From NCBI GenBank assembly GCA_036172245.1, contig JAYWIR010000048.1, forward strand, positions 620,001 through 684,000: DNA of 64,000 nucleotides, given 5' to 3'. The notes below the pieces were generated by a model that was given only the letters and a program-made list of their open reading frames with translations, searched no databases and was not told the origin of the DNA. The DNA is from Raillietiella orientalis. Taxonomy: Eukaryota. The translations under genes were made by a program, and so were the position numbers. Of the stretch, positions 49,545-61,999 are shown one piece after another (the first letter of the stretch is position 1; each line of letters opens with the position of its first letter).

Positions 49545-50050
49545 GGACACAGTAATCGCATACAGTAGACATCCCTACTGCATGCGATAACAGATGATAC
49601 GATCAGTTTCCTGAATTTCGTCGCGTATCTTCTAGAGATGCCTAGGTCTTTTAAGGAGTCCATCATTTTTAGGATCCCAAGATCCTAGCACTCTAACAAT
49701 GAAGGTATGAACGTGACCTTCATTCCTCAACGAGAAAGATGGCGATCTCTTGATATTTGTCCTCCTTGGTAGTAAACAATGCCTCCTCCCCATTTTCAAA
49801 GGGGCATGCAGCATCCAACAGCACGATTCTTTGATCCGGACGAAGTGCCGAGTTCACTTCTGGGACTTGCTGATTCGCGGACACGAGCCTCCATCCAGCT
49901 GCTATGAAAGCCTTCTTCAGTCTCTCCATTACGTTGGTACATGGGGGAGTGCCTCATACAATAGTTAAGTAATGTCTCCTCCGAAGTGCCACAACGATGT
50001 TTGATCTTGCTGTGGTCTTCTTGATATCCCTTGGATCGGGATTAGATTCA
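49545..50050 (-). mobile_element. NeSL/Utopia-type REL endonuclease domain (3' end of ORF)
   Basis: RCGTSEETLLNYC, ERLKKA...NQQVP...LRPD...LLDAACPFENGEEAL...KY, FIVRVLGSWDPKND and LGISRRYATKFRKLIVSSVI..SRDVY together form the complete REL signature. Confidence 0.85.
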
Positions 50051-50299
50051 GCCGTACTGAGTGGATGAACCGATAGTTAGCGAACCCCAAGTATACGCCA
50101 TTCCTATTGAAGTAGCTGAAGACTTGGAGTCTTCAGCTACTTCAGCACATGGCTTTTCCTTGATCTGGGTGCTTATTTATCAAAGAAAACCATTCCGCTT
50201 CTCGCTGGAGACTCCGGATTGTCCAAGCCACCGTTTTTCTTTGTGTGACTTCAATAGTCACATCAGAGACGGAGATGTTGTGGTCATCTTCGATCCAGT

Positions 50300-53200
50300 T
50301 CCACGTCGCGGACAACCACCTTGAGGCCGAGGTGGGGCCATCTCGACGTGGTTCTCAAAAAGAGCGTCGTCCACTGGATGGCGTCCCTGCCATTTTTTCC
50401 TCTCCTTGTCGCGTTCTAGCACGCCACAATTTCACGGACACAGCAGCAGAGAGCTCCTGGTCGACGCTAAAAGTCTTAAAGTCTTTTCCTTCCGTACAAG
50501 GTAGGCAATCCATAATTTCGAGAGCGCAAGCGTCTTGTCGAAGGCGGATTAAACAAGAGGAGCCTCATACGATGACCATGCGCAGCACGCGTCAGTATTG
50601 GGAGATGGTCTGCATAGTGGCAGACCTTGATCAAAGATTACTAAGGACCCACGTTGTAATGGATCCTCAGTAATCATTGAGCAAGCTCCACCGGATCACG
50701 ATGGATCGCCCTGTGGTGGTCCACATTTTCGGTATAACGAGGCAGATGACCAAGGAGACCATCCGCAGCGAACTCGAAGTGCGGCACGGTGCACGCGCTG
50801 TGGGCAAAGCCCTCCCTTCGTAACGCACAACGGGCTTCTGTGCGGCCTCGCAGCATCGCGAATCACCGTCTGCAAGAGCTCTGTGCTGCCCCACAAGCTG
50901 CAGGGGGACCTATTCACGTGTGGCACGTGAAGAAACTGAGTATTATGCGCACTGCCACACTTCGGGACACACGAGGAAAAGGTACCCCAAAATATTGCGT
51001 GAAGTGTGCCAAACAAGGAAAACAAGGAGGAGGGGAGCGAGACGATGGCGTCTGTCGTCGTCGACGACAACGTGTATCGCCCTGGCCACGGAGGAGCTCG
51101 TGGCTACACTGCTAAAAAGTTTGCGGGTCCCAATCTACTTTTTCCACGATTTCCACGTACGTCCTCTTTCATCCATTTTACTTCAGACGTTGGTTGTAAC
51201 TCTGGAAAGCTTATTCATACGAAGGGTAACTTCGGTATGGACAGAGGGGGCACGTTGCCGACCCCTCCGGGTATATTGATTCTAACCTTAGCAGTGTCCA
51301 AGCAGTATCTTCTAGATTCTTCTTTTTGAGCAGTATAAATAGGCACCTTGAGGAACCGACTGTATGCACTCGATAATGTCCTGCGCGACGTGCAGTTCGA
51401 CGTTGCCACCCGGTCACGTCGGGGCGTTTATTATAAACATCGAGATTTGCAGTACAAGTCCCTGCTGCGACCAATAAACAAGTGACCTGCCGGGTCGTCA
51501 GAGCGCAGACTGACCTGACTCTATTCTATGTCTGCAGCAGTGATGCGCGTGCTCGCATCTTCTCGTCGCGTCCGCGTGGCCTGTTGGAACGTCAGCGGGC
51601 TGCAGGACAACGAGAAGAGGCGATTGGTAGGTAAAGTCTTGAGCGACTTGAGCAAAGCACAGAGGAATGGAAGGAAGCTGGGGCGAGGAGAAAGGTGGGT
51701 CCCAGAGCCTCTGGACGTCCCAGGTCCTGGCCAATTATAAACGTCCGACTTCTTTCCTCTTTCCTCACTTAGAACCTCATTCACACTTATGAGACCGCAT
51801 CCCTGCTTCCTTATCTCCCTGCTGCTCTCCCCTCATCCCCCTAGTCGACTCCCCCTAGTCATGCCCCCAGTTGGTTGCGACACCTATTTGTTTCCGTCTG
51901 AAGTCTGCCTCTCTCCTTTTATATTTATTTACTTTAAACAAATGACCTGGCATGTTTGCTAAGAAGGAAGAGATCCGGGAAGCTCGTTTGTGAACAAGCA
52001 GGAAGAGCCGAGCTCCCACTGGGACGCTGCGAGATTTCAGGGGCGGTAGGGAAGCGTACGGCGCGCTGTGCAATGTGGAGGGGGTGATCTGGAGTGACGA
52101 ATGAGAAGAATACAATAAAGAAATAGAATAAATAAATAAATGATGCTCATGAGGGAGGAAAGGGTCGCCGCTCTCCAGTGCTTTTGGTCCTTGGTTCTTG
52201 AGGGGCGCGGGAGCAAGCGGCCGTGCCTCGCCACTCTCCGCAGCGCGCCGGTGGGTGTTGGCTGGCTGCTCCCTCGAGCATGCGCAGTCGCAGCAGGTAT
52301 CGCTGCGGCGGACGGAGCACAGGAGCATGGCAAGTGGACCTCGGGCGAGGAAACTCCTGCGGACCATTCTTCGGTTGGAAGAGGAGAGCTTCTTGCTGCC
52401 CTCAAGGGAGGCACTCGAGGAGGTCTGCACAACTCACAAGCCTGTGACGTTGGAGCGGACCCATCAGGCTGTCCACTTACCGAGAGGTGTGGTCGCATTG
52501 GAAATGAACACCTCTTCCCCTGTTCCAGCTGGGCTGCTGCTGCTTGCTCTTTGTGGAACACAAAGCGCTATGGCCAAAGGTAATGGTGGATCACAGGATC
52601 CACTTCTGTGTCCCGCCTCATATCTTCAGAGAGACTCTATACTCTGGTAACGGACAAGACGTTGCAGTTTCGGGTTTTTCACCCGGATTTGCCGGGGCAT
52701 TCATTATTAAAATTTCATTATGAAGACTTTATCATGAAATTTTATTATTTTCAGGCGGAACGCGTGGTTCTGCCTGTCTGGAACACTTGTCCTCGCTGAC
52801 CTGAAGGCCAGTGAAGTCCTCTTCGCTGGCGAAGGGGGCAGCAAAACCACAAAAAAAAGAAAAAAACAAAAACACGAGCAGGAGCAATGTTTTGCGGAGA
52901 GGGGAGGGAAGGAAAAGGATCACAGGTTGCCGCGAGGAGTCTCCTGCATCTGGTTTTGGATACGGACAAGTGCCGGTCGAATTTTCCTTAGTCGGGGCAA
53001 TCGTGCAGCTTTCTCCATAGGGATTGCAGCCCAGTGAATGGTGTTCTGACTGTTGCAGCCTCTCCTCGAGGCAGTCTATTTGTCCAGGATTCTGCGTATG
53101 CAGCAGAGAACTGCTACACACGCTGCTGCCGGCAGGGTGTCCCGCGTCAGGAGGCGACGGAAAATGTCCCTTGGGTCGCCCACCGGAATATTCAGAATGA

Positions 53201-56200
53201 ACGATACGTCGATTGCACATTGGTCAGAGGGCGACACACTCCATGAGGATGGGGGGGAAGTTTTCCCTTTCCCCGTAGCCTGCACAATTGGCGTCCACAC
53301 TCCCTAATGTCCAGTGATAGAGGCGTGCTCTGCAAAGGAGTCTCCAGTGCAATACCAGCAGCGCCGTCTCCTGCCAATCCAAGGGGAGGGTGTCATTGTC
53401 TCAACGCGCTGGGAGCCTATTCACCTCCTCGGGAGGTATGCTGAGCAGCTCGCCCAGCGAGGTGCCTTATGGTGGCCTCGTGTATCCGATTTACTACGAA
53501 CATCTATTCTGGACTGACGTACTAGGTAGGCTTTCGAAAGATTTGGAAGGTACTATGTACTCTGAAGAACTCAGTAAGCCGCTTTCAGAAGAGACTGCCG
53601 GGAAACGGGTAGCAGGAAGCATACTGGGATAGGAGCAGCGAGTGCACCAGACGGACGAAGAGGATCCTGAAGAATAGGGAGAGCTACTTGCCTGGCTTTG
53701 CACTTCGCACTGATCATCATGCCAGTGTGAAGGTCACCCTGAGACATAGACACAGTGGCAGACCACCAGGCAACCCACTTCCTTTAGGGGAGATGACAGC
53801 CGTTCATGGGCGTTTGCCAGTCGAAGTCATCTTACGCGTGTGAACATAGATCGTGCGGTGGATCGATGACCTCTGCGCAGTGATGGTGCCAGTCGCCGCC
53901 ACTAGCTCTCGTAGGTGAGTGCAGCCAAGACGTTCGCAGCCCAACGTCATTTTTTTACCATCTGCTTTAGAGCATTGCAAACGATGTCATGCCAAAGACT
54001 CTACGAAGGTTGTAGTAAAGCGACATTTACGCTGCAGGGGTATTGTGTTCTTTTTGGATGTGAAACACAGGAGAGAAACGAGTGGGGAGCAAGGTAAGAG
54101 AGGCACTTTGGCCTTTATCTTGGAAAGGTGCGTCCTTCGTTATGTTGCTGAAGCGAGAAGGGAGTGTGAAGGGCTCTGGACCATATTTTCATAGCATACC
54201 GAACATGCGGTCAAAGTGCAGGACTTTCTGGTAGGCAGACGGAAAGAAGGAATAAGAAGAAGGAAGATGGAAGGAAGAAGGAGATGGAAGAAGGTCCATG
54301 GAAGAAGTCGCAGCTCGAAAATCGGGAAACCCCAAACAGAACAACGCTGGCATCCACAACGGTCTTGCGGGCAAAAGGCGTTGCGATCTCTGCTCATAGA
54401 CTTCATGAAGTTACTACTTTTCTGTCCAGAGAAGTGATGAGACAAATCTATCGTCCTCTGTGGCTGCTGTAGGGGACGACTCTCCTGCTAATGGAAAGAC
54501 ATTGCTGTTCCTGATGCTTTGCTTTGGTAATGCAGGGCACGCAGGATAAGAAGATTGCTCACCAAATGATATGAGGTGCAAGACTCGGGTCGGCCGAGAA
54601 CACAGCTCTGGAGATGTAGGTGGATCCCGGATTCAGGAAACCCACGCCAGAAATAATGCAAGGAACGATTTCCAAGGCTCTGTTCCACTTTAAAAGAGGA
54701 TGAATGTCCCCTCGAGGATTTCGTCAGCATTCCATCCTGCCGGCGAGTCCTCGTGGCATGGCCATCTCCTCCTCTCCTCCTTGAGAAACAAGCCTTCGGA
54801 AATTCTTCAGTTCTTCTGTGAGTACCTGAAGAGCACTAGACATCCTGGAGAATTGGGATGCTGTTTTCGAATTTACACTCGTCTGAACACAAAGCAAGGC
54901 CACGGCAACCTTTTTTGGCAAGCGGGGATCCTCCCCGGCGTGACCGGGTGGCAACAAGCGGGATCCTGTCTCTCCCTCGAATGCCGAGGCATATGGAGGC
55001 ATTTCAGAATGCCGATCCCGGATAAATCCTGCGACAGAATTCGTGTAGGAGTTACGACGCTAGCAGCTCCCCGGAGAGCCATTCGTTTCCTGCACGCGGC
55101 AGCTCTCTGACTGGCTGCTATAAAAGGAGTCCCACGGAGCGAACTCGGCTCTCCACAGGGCTCATCTCCTCACTGCCGCGGCTGGAGGGACCTGCTCCAG
55201 AAGGCAGCTCTTGTTCCCTGCAGCTCTTCCCGCCAGAGCACGCCGGTAAACTATGAGGATCGATTTTTTCCTCCTCCTCCGGTGCGTTTGCGAAACGGAT
55301 CTCACGTTTGGAGCTCCTCTTCGGACGTGTGCAGCGATGCACTGGAGCATCTCGCGCTCGCTGAACCTCGCCGTCTTCATTTGCAAATCAACTTTCTGGA
55401 AACGAAGGAAGCGCGCATCTCTCACCTCTCAACCAGGAAGAAATTCGCGTTGGACGTCTCAGTGCATGACGAATCCCTCTGTTCCGCAGGAAAGACAAAA
55501 GCCATGGAAGCTGCCTTCATTAGGAGTTCTTGACAGCCGGAAAAAAGATTATTTGTTCTCAACCTCGGAGTTCTCCTGAAACGAGAGCAGATGGATGCAG
55601 AAAACGGATGTTTTCATCGAAGTAAGAGTTGGAAGCAGTGGTTTTATCTTCCCTGGAGAGGAGAACAAGCCGAGTCTTTTGCGCACCGTTTGCAAGAACC
55701 CTTGAGAAATTCGCTATCACTTTCCAGGTTTCCCGAAAGTATCTTAATTCGGCAGTCACCTTTTAGCACGGGAGGAAGACAAGTGAGGAAGTGCAAATCC
55801 ATGGCAGTTCATATTGCAGGTTGTCATGGGAACTGCTATCTCCTGAAGATTCCTGAAGGCCAGATCATTGCATCCATCTATAAAACTGGATGACTGCAAT
55901 CAGCCGGTTCATGTGCTTGGAGAATGCTGACGAATTCTGGCAAAATCATGCAGAATAGAAGATCTCTTTGTTTGTCGGCGCAAACAAAGACGGACGAAGA
56001 GGTTGCAAAGATTGCATGGTGTAGCTGAAGAGATCGCATGGTGATTTTCCTTTGAACCAACCAGCAACGAGCTGGAAGACGCAGGAGGAAATTGCAAAGG
56101 ACAGCAGGAATAGCGAACAGATGTCGCGTCCACTAGCAGAGGAGCAGCAAGAAGAACCAAAAACATGTCATATTCTCAGCTCCGAATGAAAGGCGATCTC

Positions 56201-57600
56201 CGAAGCAGTACCACAGCTTCTCCTGAAACAAAAGCGGAGCTGCGCATGCGTCGTGCACGGTCCCTTGTCTTGGTGATCGAATTTGACGGCAACGTAAGCT
56301 TGACCGAAGAGTTTTTTTTCGATGGCCAGCAAGAAGTGATCCCTATGGAAAAAATTCTTTCATCGCGATGCTCCATGAATTCTTTCGCGCTTTTGTACGC
56401 AGAAAGAAAGTATGTCCTGAAAAGCACTGCTTGGTCCTCGAACCCATCTTCACTCAGAGAGTGGTGGGTGAAACTGAAGTGGAATCTCTCCGACTTGTCA
56501 TCTCTAATCGTTGCTAATTCTCTTTTCATACTCGAGGAAGGTGCTTCAACAGGTGCGCCACCGACTCACCCACCCTTCGTCCTTACTTTCGTTTCGCCCC
56601 TCGCCGCAGCGCTGTCTGCTCTCAGGGCAAGAGACGACAACTGCCTTCCGGGGAGGTGGGAGGTTTCCCGCACCATAGCAGGAAGAAGAAAATTCCTCGG
56701 CGACTGGAAGACGAGTGAGTTGGCGGACGCCGCCACTCCTCGTGCTACTGCGAAGTGACTCCTTCGATGGGGAGAAGAACTTGGTGTTACCCCCCAAGAA
56801 CTAGTGGTCCCTTTCCATTTTGTTGATAGTTCGCTGCTTCCCCTTGCTTGGAAACAAGCCGTGTTGCTCTTCCTTCACTGAGGTTTTCAGTGTAACGAGC
56901 GATGACATCGTGTTTCCGGGGGGCTTGAGTCCGCGAACTATGCAAGGCGCGGCGACGGAGTCGATCCCACACCTACTTTTGGACTGCGGTATCCTCCGAA
57001 GACTCTGGCGGCTGGCAACAGCACTTTCGCATCAAGAGGATACCGCAAGAGACTTGCTGCGGAGGTTCTTTGCGCCGAGCGGGCTTTCGAGAAGCGCAGT
57101 GATTGCAACCATGGGTTACACCTGAGCCATCGTTTCGGCCCGACAGGTGCTGGTGGTAAACGGACAGAGAAAGATCATCAGGAAGGCAGCCACCTACATC
57201 GGGAAGGCCCTCAGATGGCCTTGTGTGACAGAAGAGGCGAAAGAGATCACCGATATCCACCACCGGTTTACAGACGGTTTGCAACGCCGAACCAACGCAA
57301 TCCTTGCATCTCCTGCCCCATACATATTTATTTTTATTCTGAACCCTCGTTCCCTTAGGCTCCGTAACTTTCCCGATGTGCTTTTTGTTTTTTACCTCGG
57401 TGAAAACGAAGCCTCACCATAACGTCGGGTCTTTACCCGCACCCCTTCCCTCCCGTTTTGCTTTTGGTTGCTGTCCCTTCGTCCACCCCCCGTTTGGAAC
57501 TGTCCGTTTTCCGGTCTTGCATGCCGGTGGCCCGTCTCTTTCTTCTGCTGTTTTGTTGGTTGGGGACTTTGTCCCCGACTGGTTTAGTAATAAACGCCCG
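50300..57600 (+). mobile_element. Near full-length degenerate L1/Tx1-type retrotransposon (ORF1 gag knuckle, APE, RT, zf-RVT, 3' UTR) with a nested insertion
   Basis: PKYCVKCAKQG (~50990), VACWNVSGLQDNEKRRLV (51575-51630), SQPNVIFL (~53935), RT remnants at 55200-55800, ESIPHLLLDCGILRRLW (~56960) and a pyrimidine-rich UTR at 57320-57590. Confidence 0.8.
51660..53910 (-). mobile_element. 5'-truncated L1/Tx1-type element nested antisense in the APE domain of the outer element
   Basis: IPPEEVNRL...VLHWRLLCRARLYHWTLG (~53300-53440) resembles VxWxxLCxPxxxGGLG. HRLVSCADL (~52440) is zf-RVT-like. AT-rich UTR at 52105-52140. Confidence 0.65.
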
Positions 57601-57619
57601 GCATGACCGGGTGATAAAC

Positions 57620-58340
57620 TTTCGTTCGGGTGCAAAAAACCAGAGCATTCCACAGCAGTATTCTGGAAATTTCCTTGAAATTCTGAGGAGGCCTGGAAGA
57701 CCTGCATGATTGATGAAATAACACAGATCATCTAACAACAGCAGGAGGCTAGTTTTGGGAATGTTACGATCTCACTTGGCATCCAGGAAAGGTCAAATCC
57801 TTTGCGAGTGTGCCACAGACAGGGATGTTAGTTAACATTACTGCAGCATGGCTTCATGATTTCACTGTATTTTGTACTGCAACACCGACTGCATGAGAAA
57901 AAGCATTACAAAATACATCATTCTAGGTGGTGTAATAGCTGACTTTACCTATTTATTACCACTGCGGCATTTTACACCGTCCAAGAAAACGCAAAGAAAT
58001 GGGCAATTCAGTACGGTAATCCAACAGAAGGAAAACTGCTTCTCGGGGAAGGCACAGACCCAATAGCTATTATATAGGGCCACATTCCAGCAAAACTGTA
58101 TTTGCTAGGTGCGATTTCAGTCGGGAAGCAACAGCGGATTAGGTGTACATGCTGTGGAAGATCAAAGGAGCGCTGAGTAACATCAAAAGCGGTTGCTGCT
58201 ATGTCACGAAAATTAGCACGTATCTTTTACAGTATGCGAAAGTATGGAGAAGGATATGTAGAGACGGAATCGGCTGCCATGAGGAAGTGCATAAAAAGAG
58301 TGTGTTGAAGAAGTGAAGCAAAAGGGCTGGTAAACTTGAC
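57620..58340 (+). mobile_element. Degenerate bacterial IS110-family transposase fragment (C-terminal half)
   Basis: 58183-58340 reads SKAVAAMSRKLARIFYSMRKYGEGYVE then (frameshift) HEEVHKKSVLKK*SKRAGKL, the IS110 KAxxAxARKLAxIxYxMLKxGxxYVE...YExxYK...KRA terminus. Upstream ILGGVIADFTYLLPLRHFT, GKLL and SNSGLG are colinear. Confidence 0.75.
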
Positions 58341-59599
58341 CGCGTTTTACTATAAGAAACAAAAACAGAAGAACGTGAACTCGTAGGGCAGGTTTCTTGG
58401 AAGACGAAGAGTGCCATCCGATTTGAACAAGATGAGCAGCGGGAAAGAATTCCAAGAGACTGCCGTCTAGCAGATGAGAGGAGCAGAAAATAAAAGGAAT
58501 CTATAGCTGCAGCAACGTTGGTAGGCAAGACAGGGACGACGTGGAGGGCACTGCCTGCTGAGTATGGAAAGTGTTCTGGAATACACTAGCGCTTTATGGG
58601 ACGTGTTCGAAAGGTGGCTCTCAAGAAGTTCGCTGCTAATAAGGAAGCAGAGTTTTAGGAGCAGTCGTTTCGAAGGGTCAGGGAAAATTTCCAACCGTAA
58701 GCGGACATTATGACGGCCTGATTTCTTGTTCGCAGAGCGGATCCAGGCATCAGCGCAGAATCCAGCAAAAGCGGAAGAGCCCACGCAGGCCTCAATTGAC
58801 GCGTCCTCGAAAAGATCCACGTGTCCTTTCGGCCTTTTTTCAGCAACCCATTTGCCGCTTATTGAGGATTTGGGATTTGAGGAGCACAGAGGCAATCGGT
58901 TCTCGTTGCCGGAAGAAGGGGAGAGAGGGAAAGCGCCCGCGGTGCCGGAGGAAGAATTGACTTTCTTGGCTGCCATTCATCTGCATTATACGGAACGGAC
59001 TTCAATGCAACTCGGGAGCGGGGCGCTAAGAGAAATGGGGTTGGACACATAGGACCATGGAAGAACAGATGGGCGATAAATCCTTTCCTCAGCAAATTAT
59101 CCGGACACGTGAAGATGAAGAGGAGACAATCCATGGAATGCGTTGAAAGCCATTGAGACGTCACTCCAGCAGCAGAACTGGGACACTGCGGATACACTTC
59201 GTTGAAAACCAAGGAACTGAACATTGAAACGGATGCAGTGCATCTGGTGTATGCGGAGTGTGCTTAGGTGCTCCCTCGCTTTGGAGACGTGAAATCTGCA
59301 GAAACGAAAACGTGGTCATTTCGTTCACAGAATTCATTAGGGGACGACTAGAGCATGGGATGAAATTATTTGGAATGCGTGACGTGTGTTACCTTGTCGA
59401 TGGCGAGGGCAAAACACAGATAATGTGCATCCTCTGATGCCTCAGTGAACGCGGAGCTCGGAAGCTCTCGGATCTCTGTCTTCGTGATCGAACTGATGCG
59501 CATGGGTGATCTCTACTTTGCTCCAGAGTCACTGTTTTCAAGGACGATCAGTGGGATTGCTGTAAAGAACGCTTCGCTCCTCTTGTAGAGCACAGTTGA

Positions 59600-60650
59600 A
59601 CCTGTATCCGGATAACATGCATGGAGTCAGCCGTTTGCTTGCTAAATTTTCGACTATCGTTTCTCTGGTTGCAGATCAACGCGATTCCTTCAGCACGTTC
59701 TTTCCATGCTCTTCGCCATCGAAAGGGCGCTCTCAGCCGAGATGCACGGAAAGAACCCTCCCGTTTCTTTTCGCAAAAACTGCACAGTTGCCTAGGGAGC
59801 GAGATTTCGCTTCCACATGTCCAGTCGCCTGATCGGGAACCCGTCGAGCACGAGAGACTGGGTGGCAGAATTGCATGGAGAGACCGTTAAGGCAGGGAGC
59901 GCTGGCACGTTGAGGCGTTCTCCATTCTTCCTGCCGTCCAGTGAAACTGGATGCTTCCCGAATGCAGCTCTGGAAGGGTCACATGTTGAGTTTCCTCCCG
60001 AACGGATTCGTTGCTGAATCTCGTGCTGCCTCCTCGTCCGCTGAAAGGCATGCATCTCATGTAGAATGCCAGTGCGTAAATACGTTCGGTGAAGTCGTCA
60101 CCAGTTCACTATATTCATGATGCGATTACACATTGATGAGGACCGTGAATTCAGCCCCATCCCAGCTTGCATCTGCGGATTGAGCTCGGAGCTCAGAACA
60201 AGATCGAAGGATTGCCAGTCAGCAAATGTCCCAAGAACAGCAAGACGTGGAGCACGTTCCTGCTCGAGGCAAAACATCGTCGGGCTCCGCGCGCGATCCC
60301 GACGTTGCATCCGTGGTTTTAAACCAGTACATTCCAGAATTTCCGGTGACTGCAGAATTTTCGCGAAGCAGCCCGAACACGGAAATCGGCGTCTGCATCT
60401 CCAGCCGGAACCTTCCATGCCAGGAAGCCTTGTATCCCTCCAAATTCGCTTATCCCACCCCGCTTGGGAAGGCAATCGAACAGCAAGCGCAGTTTTGGAA
60501 ATCGCCCCTGCAGAGTCAGGGATTCCGTGCAGAGAGAGTTATGGTTGCAGCAGCCAGCGGGGTATCCGCACGAGACTGCTGACTGCTGGTGGTGCCGGCA
60601 CGGCATCTGGAGCCGCGGAGACCGCTCGGGGAGAATGGCCCGCATCGTGA
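59600..60650 (+). mobile_element. hAT transposase relic (C-terminal dimerization domain)
   Basis: AQFWKSPLQSQGFRAERVMVAAASGVSARD (60480-60580) resembles FWK....FPxL..xA..VL..PASSxxxER. The upstream extent is uncertain. Confidence 0.5.
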
Positions 60651-61999
60651 GCTTCTAGCCTGCGTGGGAACTCGCAGGCTCCCTGGCAACGCACTTCAGG
60701 CCACCCGTCCGGCCTCTCCCTTGGACACCATCGCACCGCGCTCTCTCAGTACCCGCGGAGCTCTTCGCGCCGGAGCAGCGCCCTTCGCCTTTTATGGAGG
60801 TCTCGTGGACCGATGCGCAGAATGAGCCTTCAAGAGTGAAGCCTGGCGACGTGGCACTTGGATGCACGGACGCACGGCTGTGCGGATCTTTGACGGATGC
60901 CCAGTTTGGCAGAATAAAAATGATCAGCGTTGTAAGCTGTTGAAAAGACTCAAAAAGAAGTAAACAAAGTTCGTGGTTTGTTGACTAGTGGATCTGCACG
61001 TGATCATGTGGGTCTATTTCTAGGCAAGAGGAAATGCGACACAGAAAACAGAGCAAAGGATAACCGACATTCGGGCTGCGCGTAGCTTTGGAAACATGCC
61101 CAGTAAGAACCACGGCAACGAGGCAACTAAAGCTTTTTCCTCTTCCCGATGAAGATTACTTCCGAATCAGAATCTCCATGAGATTTTGATTGGGATAGCT
61201 TGATGAGATTTCATCTTTGCCCTTGCCTGTCGGCAGGAAACTGCTCGCTCCGGTGAACTCCCCGCTTCCAGCGGCGCATAATTGGTGAGGCAGTCAGTGG
61301 AAGTGCATCATCTTCACGGCTCACAAGAAAGACAATTCGAAGAAGAAGCGAAGAAAAAGTTCTTCGCTTCCGTCACTTCAGGGCTATCCTTCCAGTGGGC
61401 TATCTTCCTTCAGGGCTATCTCTCTGCTTTTGGTGCTACGAACAGGCGCATCCATGGTAACGGATGCTGTTTAGCGAGGCGCTAATAAAAGAGAGCGCAG
61501 TCGGTTACCAAATTCCCACTGCCAATCAGTTCACGCAGCTGCTTGTCAGGAATTCATAGCTCCTCTATGCAAACCGAGTTCGCGCTTCTCCCGAAGAGGT
61601 CTTTCAGCAGTGGTCACTCTCAGAGATGACAGTCGTATGTGTGGCACTCATGGCGAAGGGGACAAAAAAAATTAAAATTTCTCGGTGCACATTTCTGGGG
61701 CAAAGTGACATAAGTAGCATTGCGAGAGACAGGCGTCGCAACGAATGCCGAAGTGGTGAAAACTTCAATGCCTTCCTTGTTTGAAAATGACGTTGAGTGT
61801 CTATTCAAGCCAAATTTCCCATTCAAAGAAAAAGGGTGGCACACGAACACTCATCAGCTGAATCGTGTTCGTTTCAATGGGTCGCTCTATCATTACAGTA
61901 TTTTTAATGAATCGCACAAGATTGGAGTTTTTCATTGACTCTTTGCACCAAACCATCACGAAACCCACATGCTCATAATCTCCTAGGAAACGTGGAGCA

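Noticed and set aside
61376..61425. Short imperfect repeat gggctatc x3
   Set aside because: It is a local slippage-type duplication, too short and irregular to be an array.
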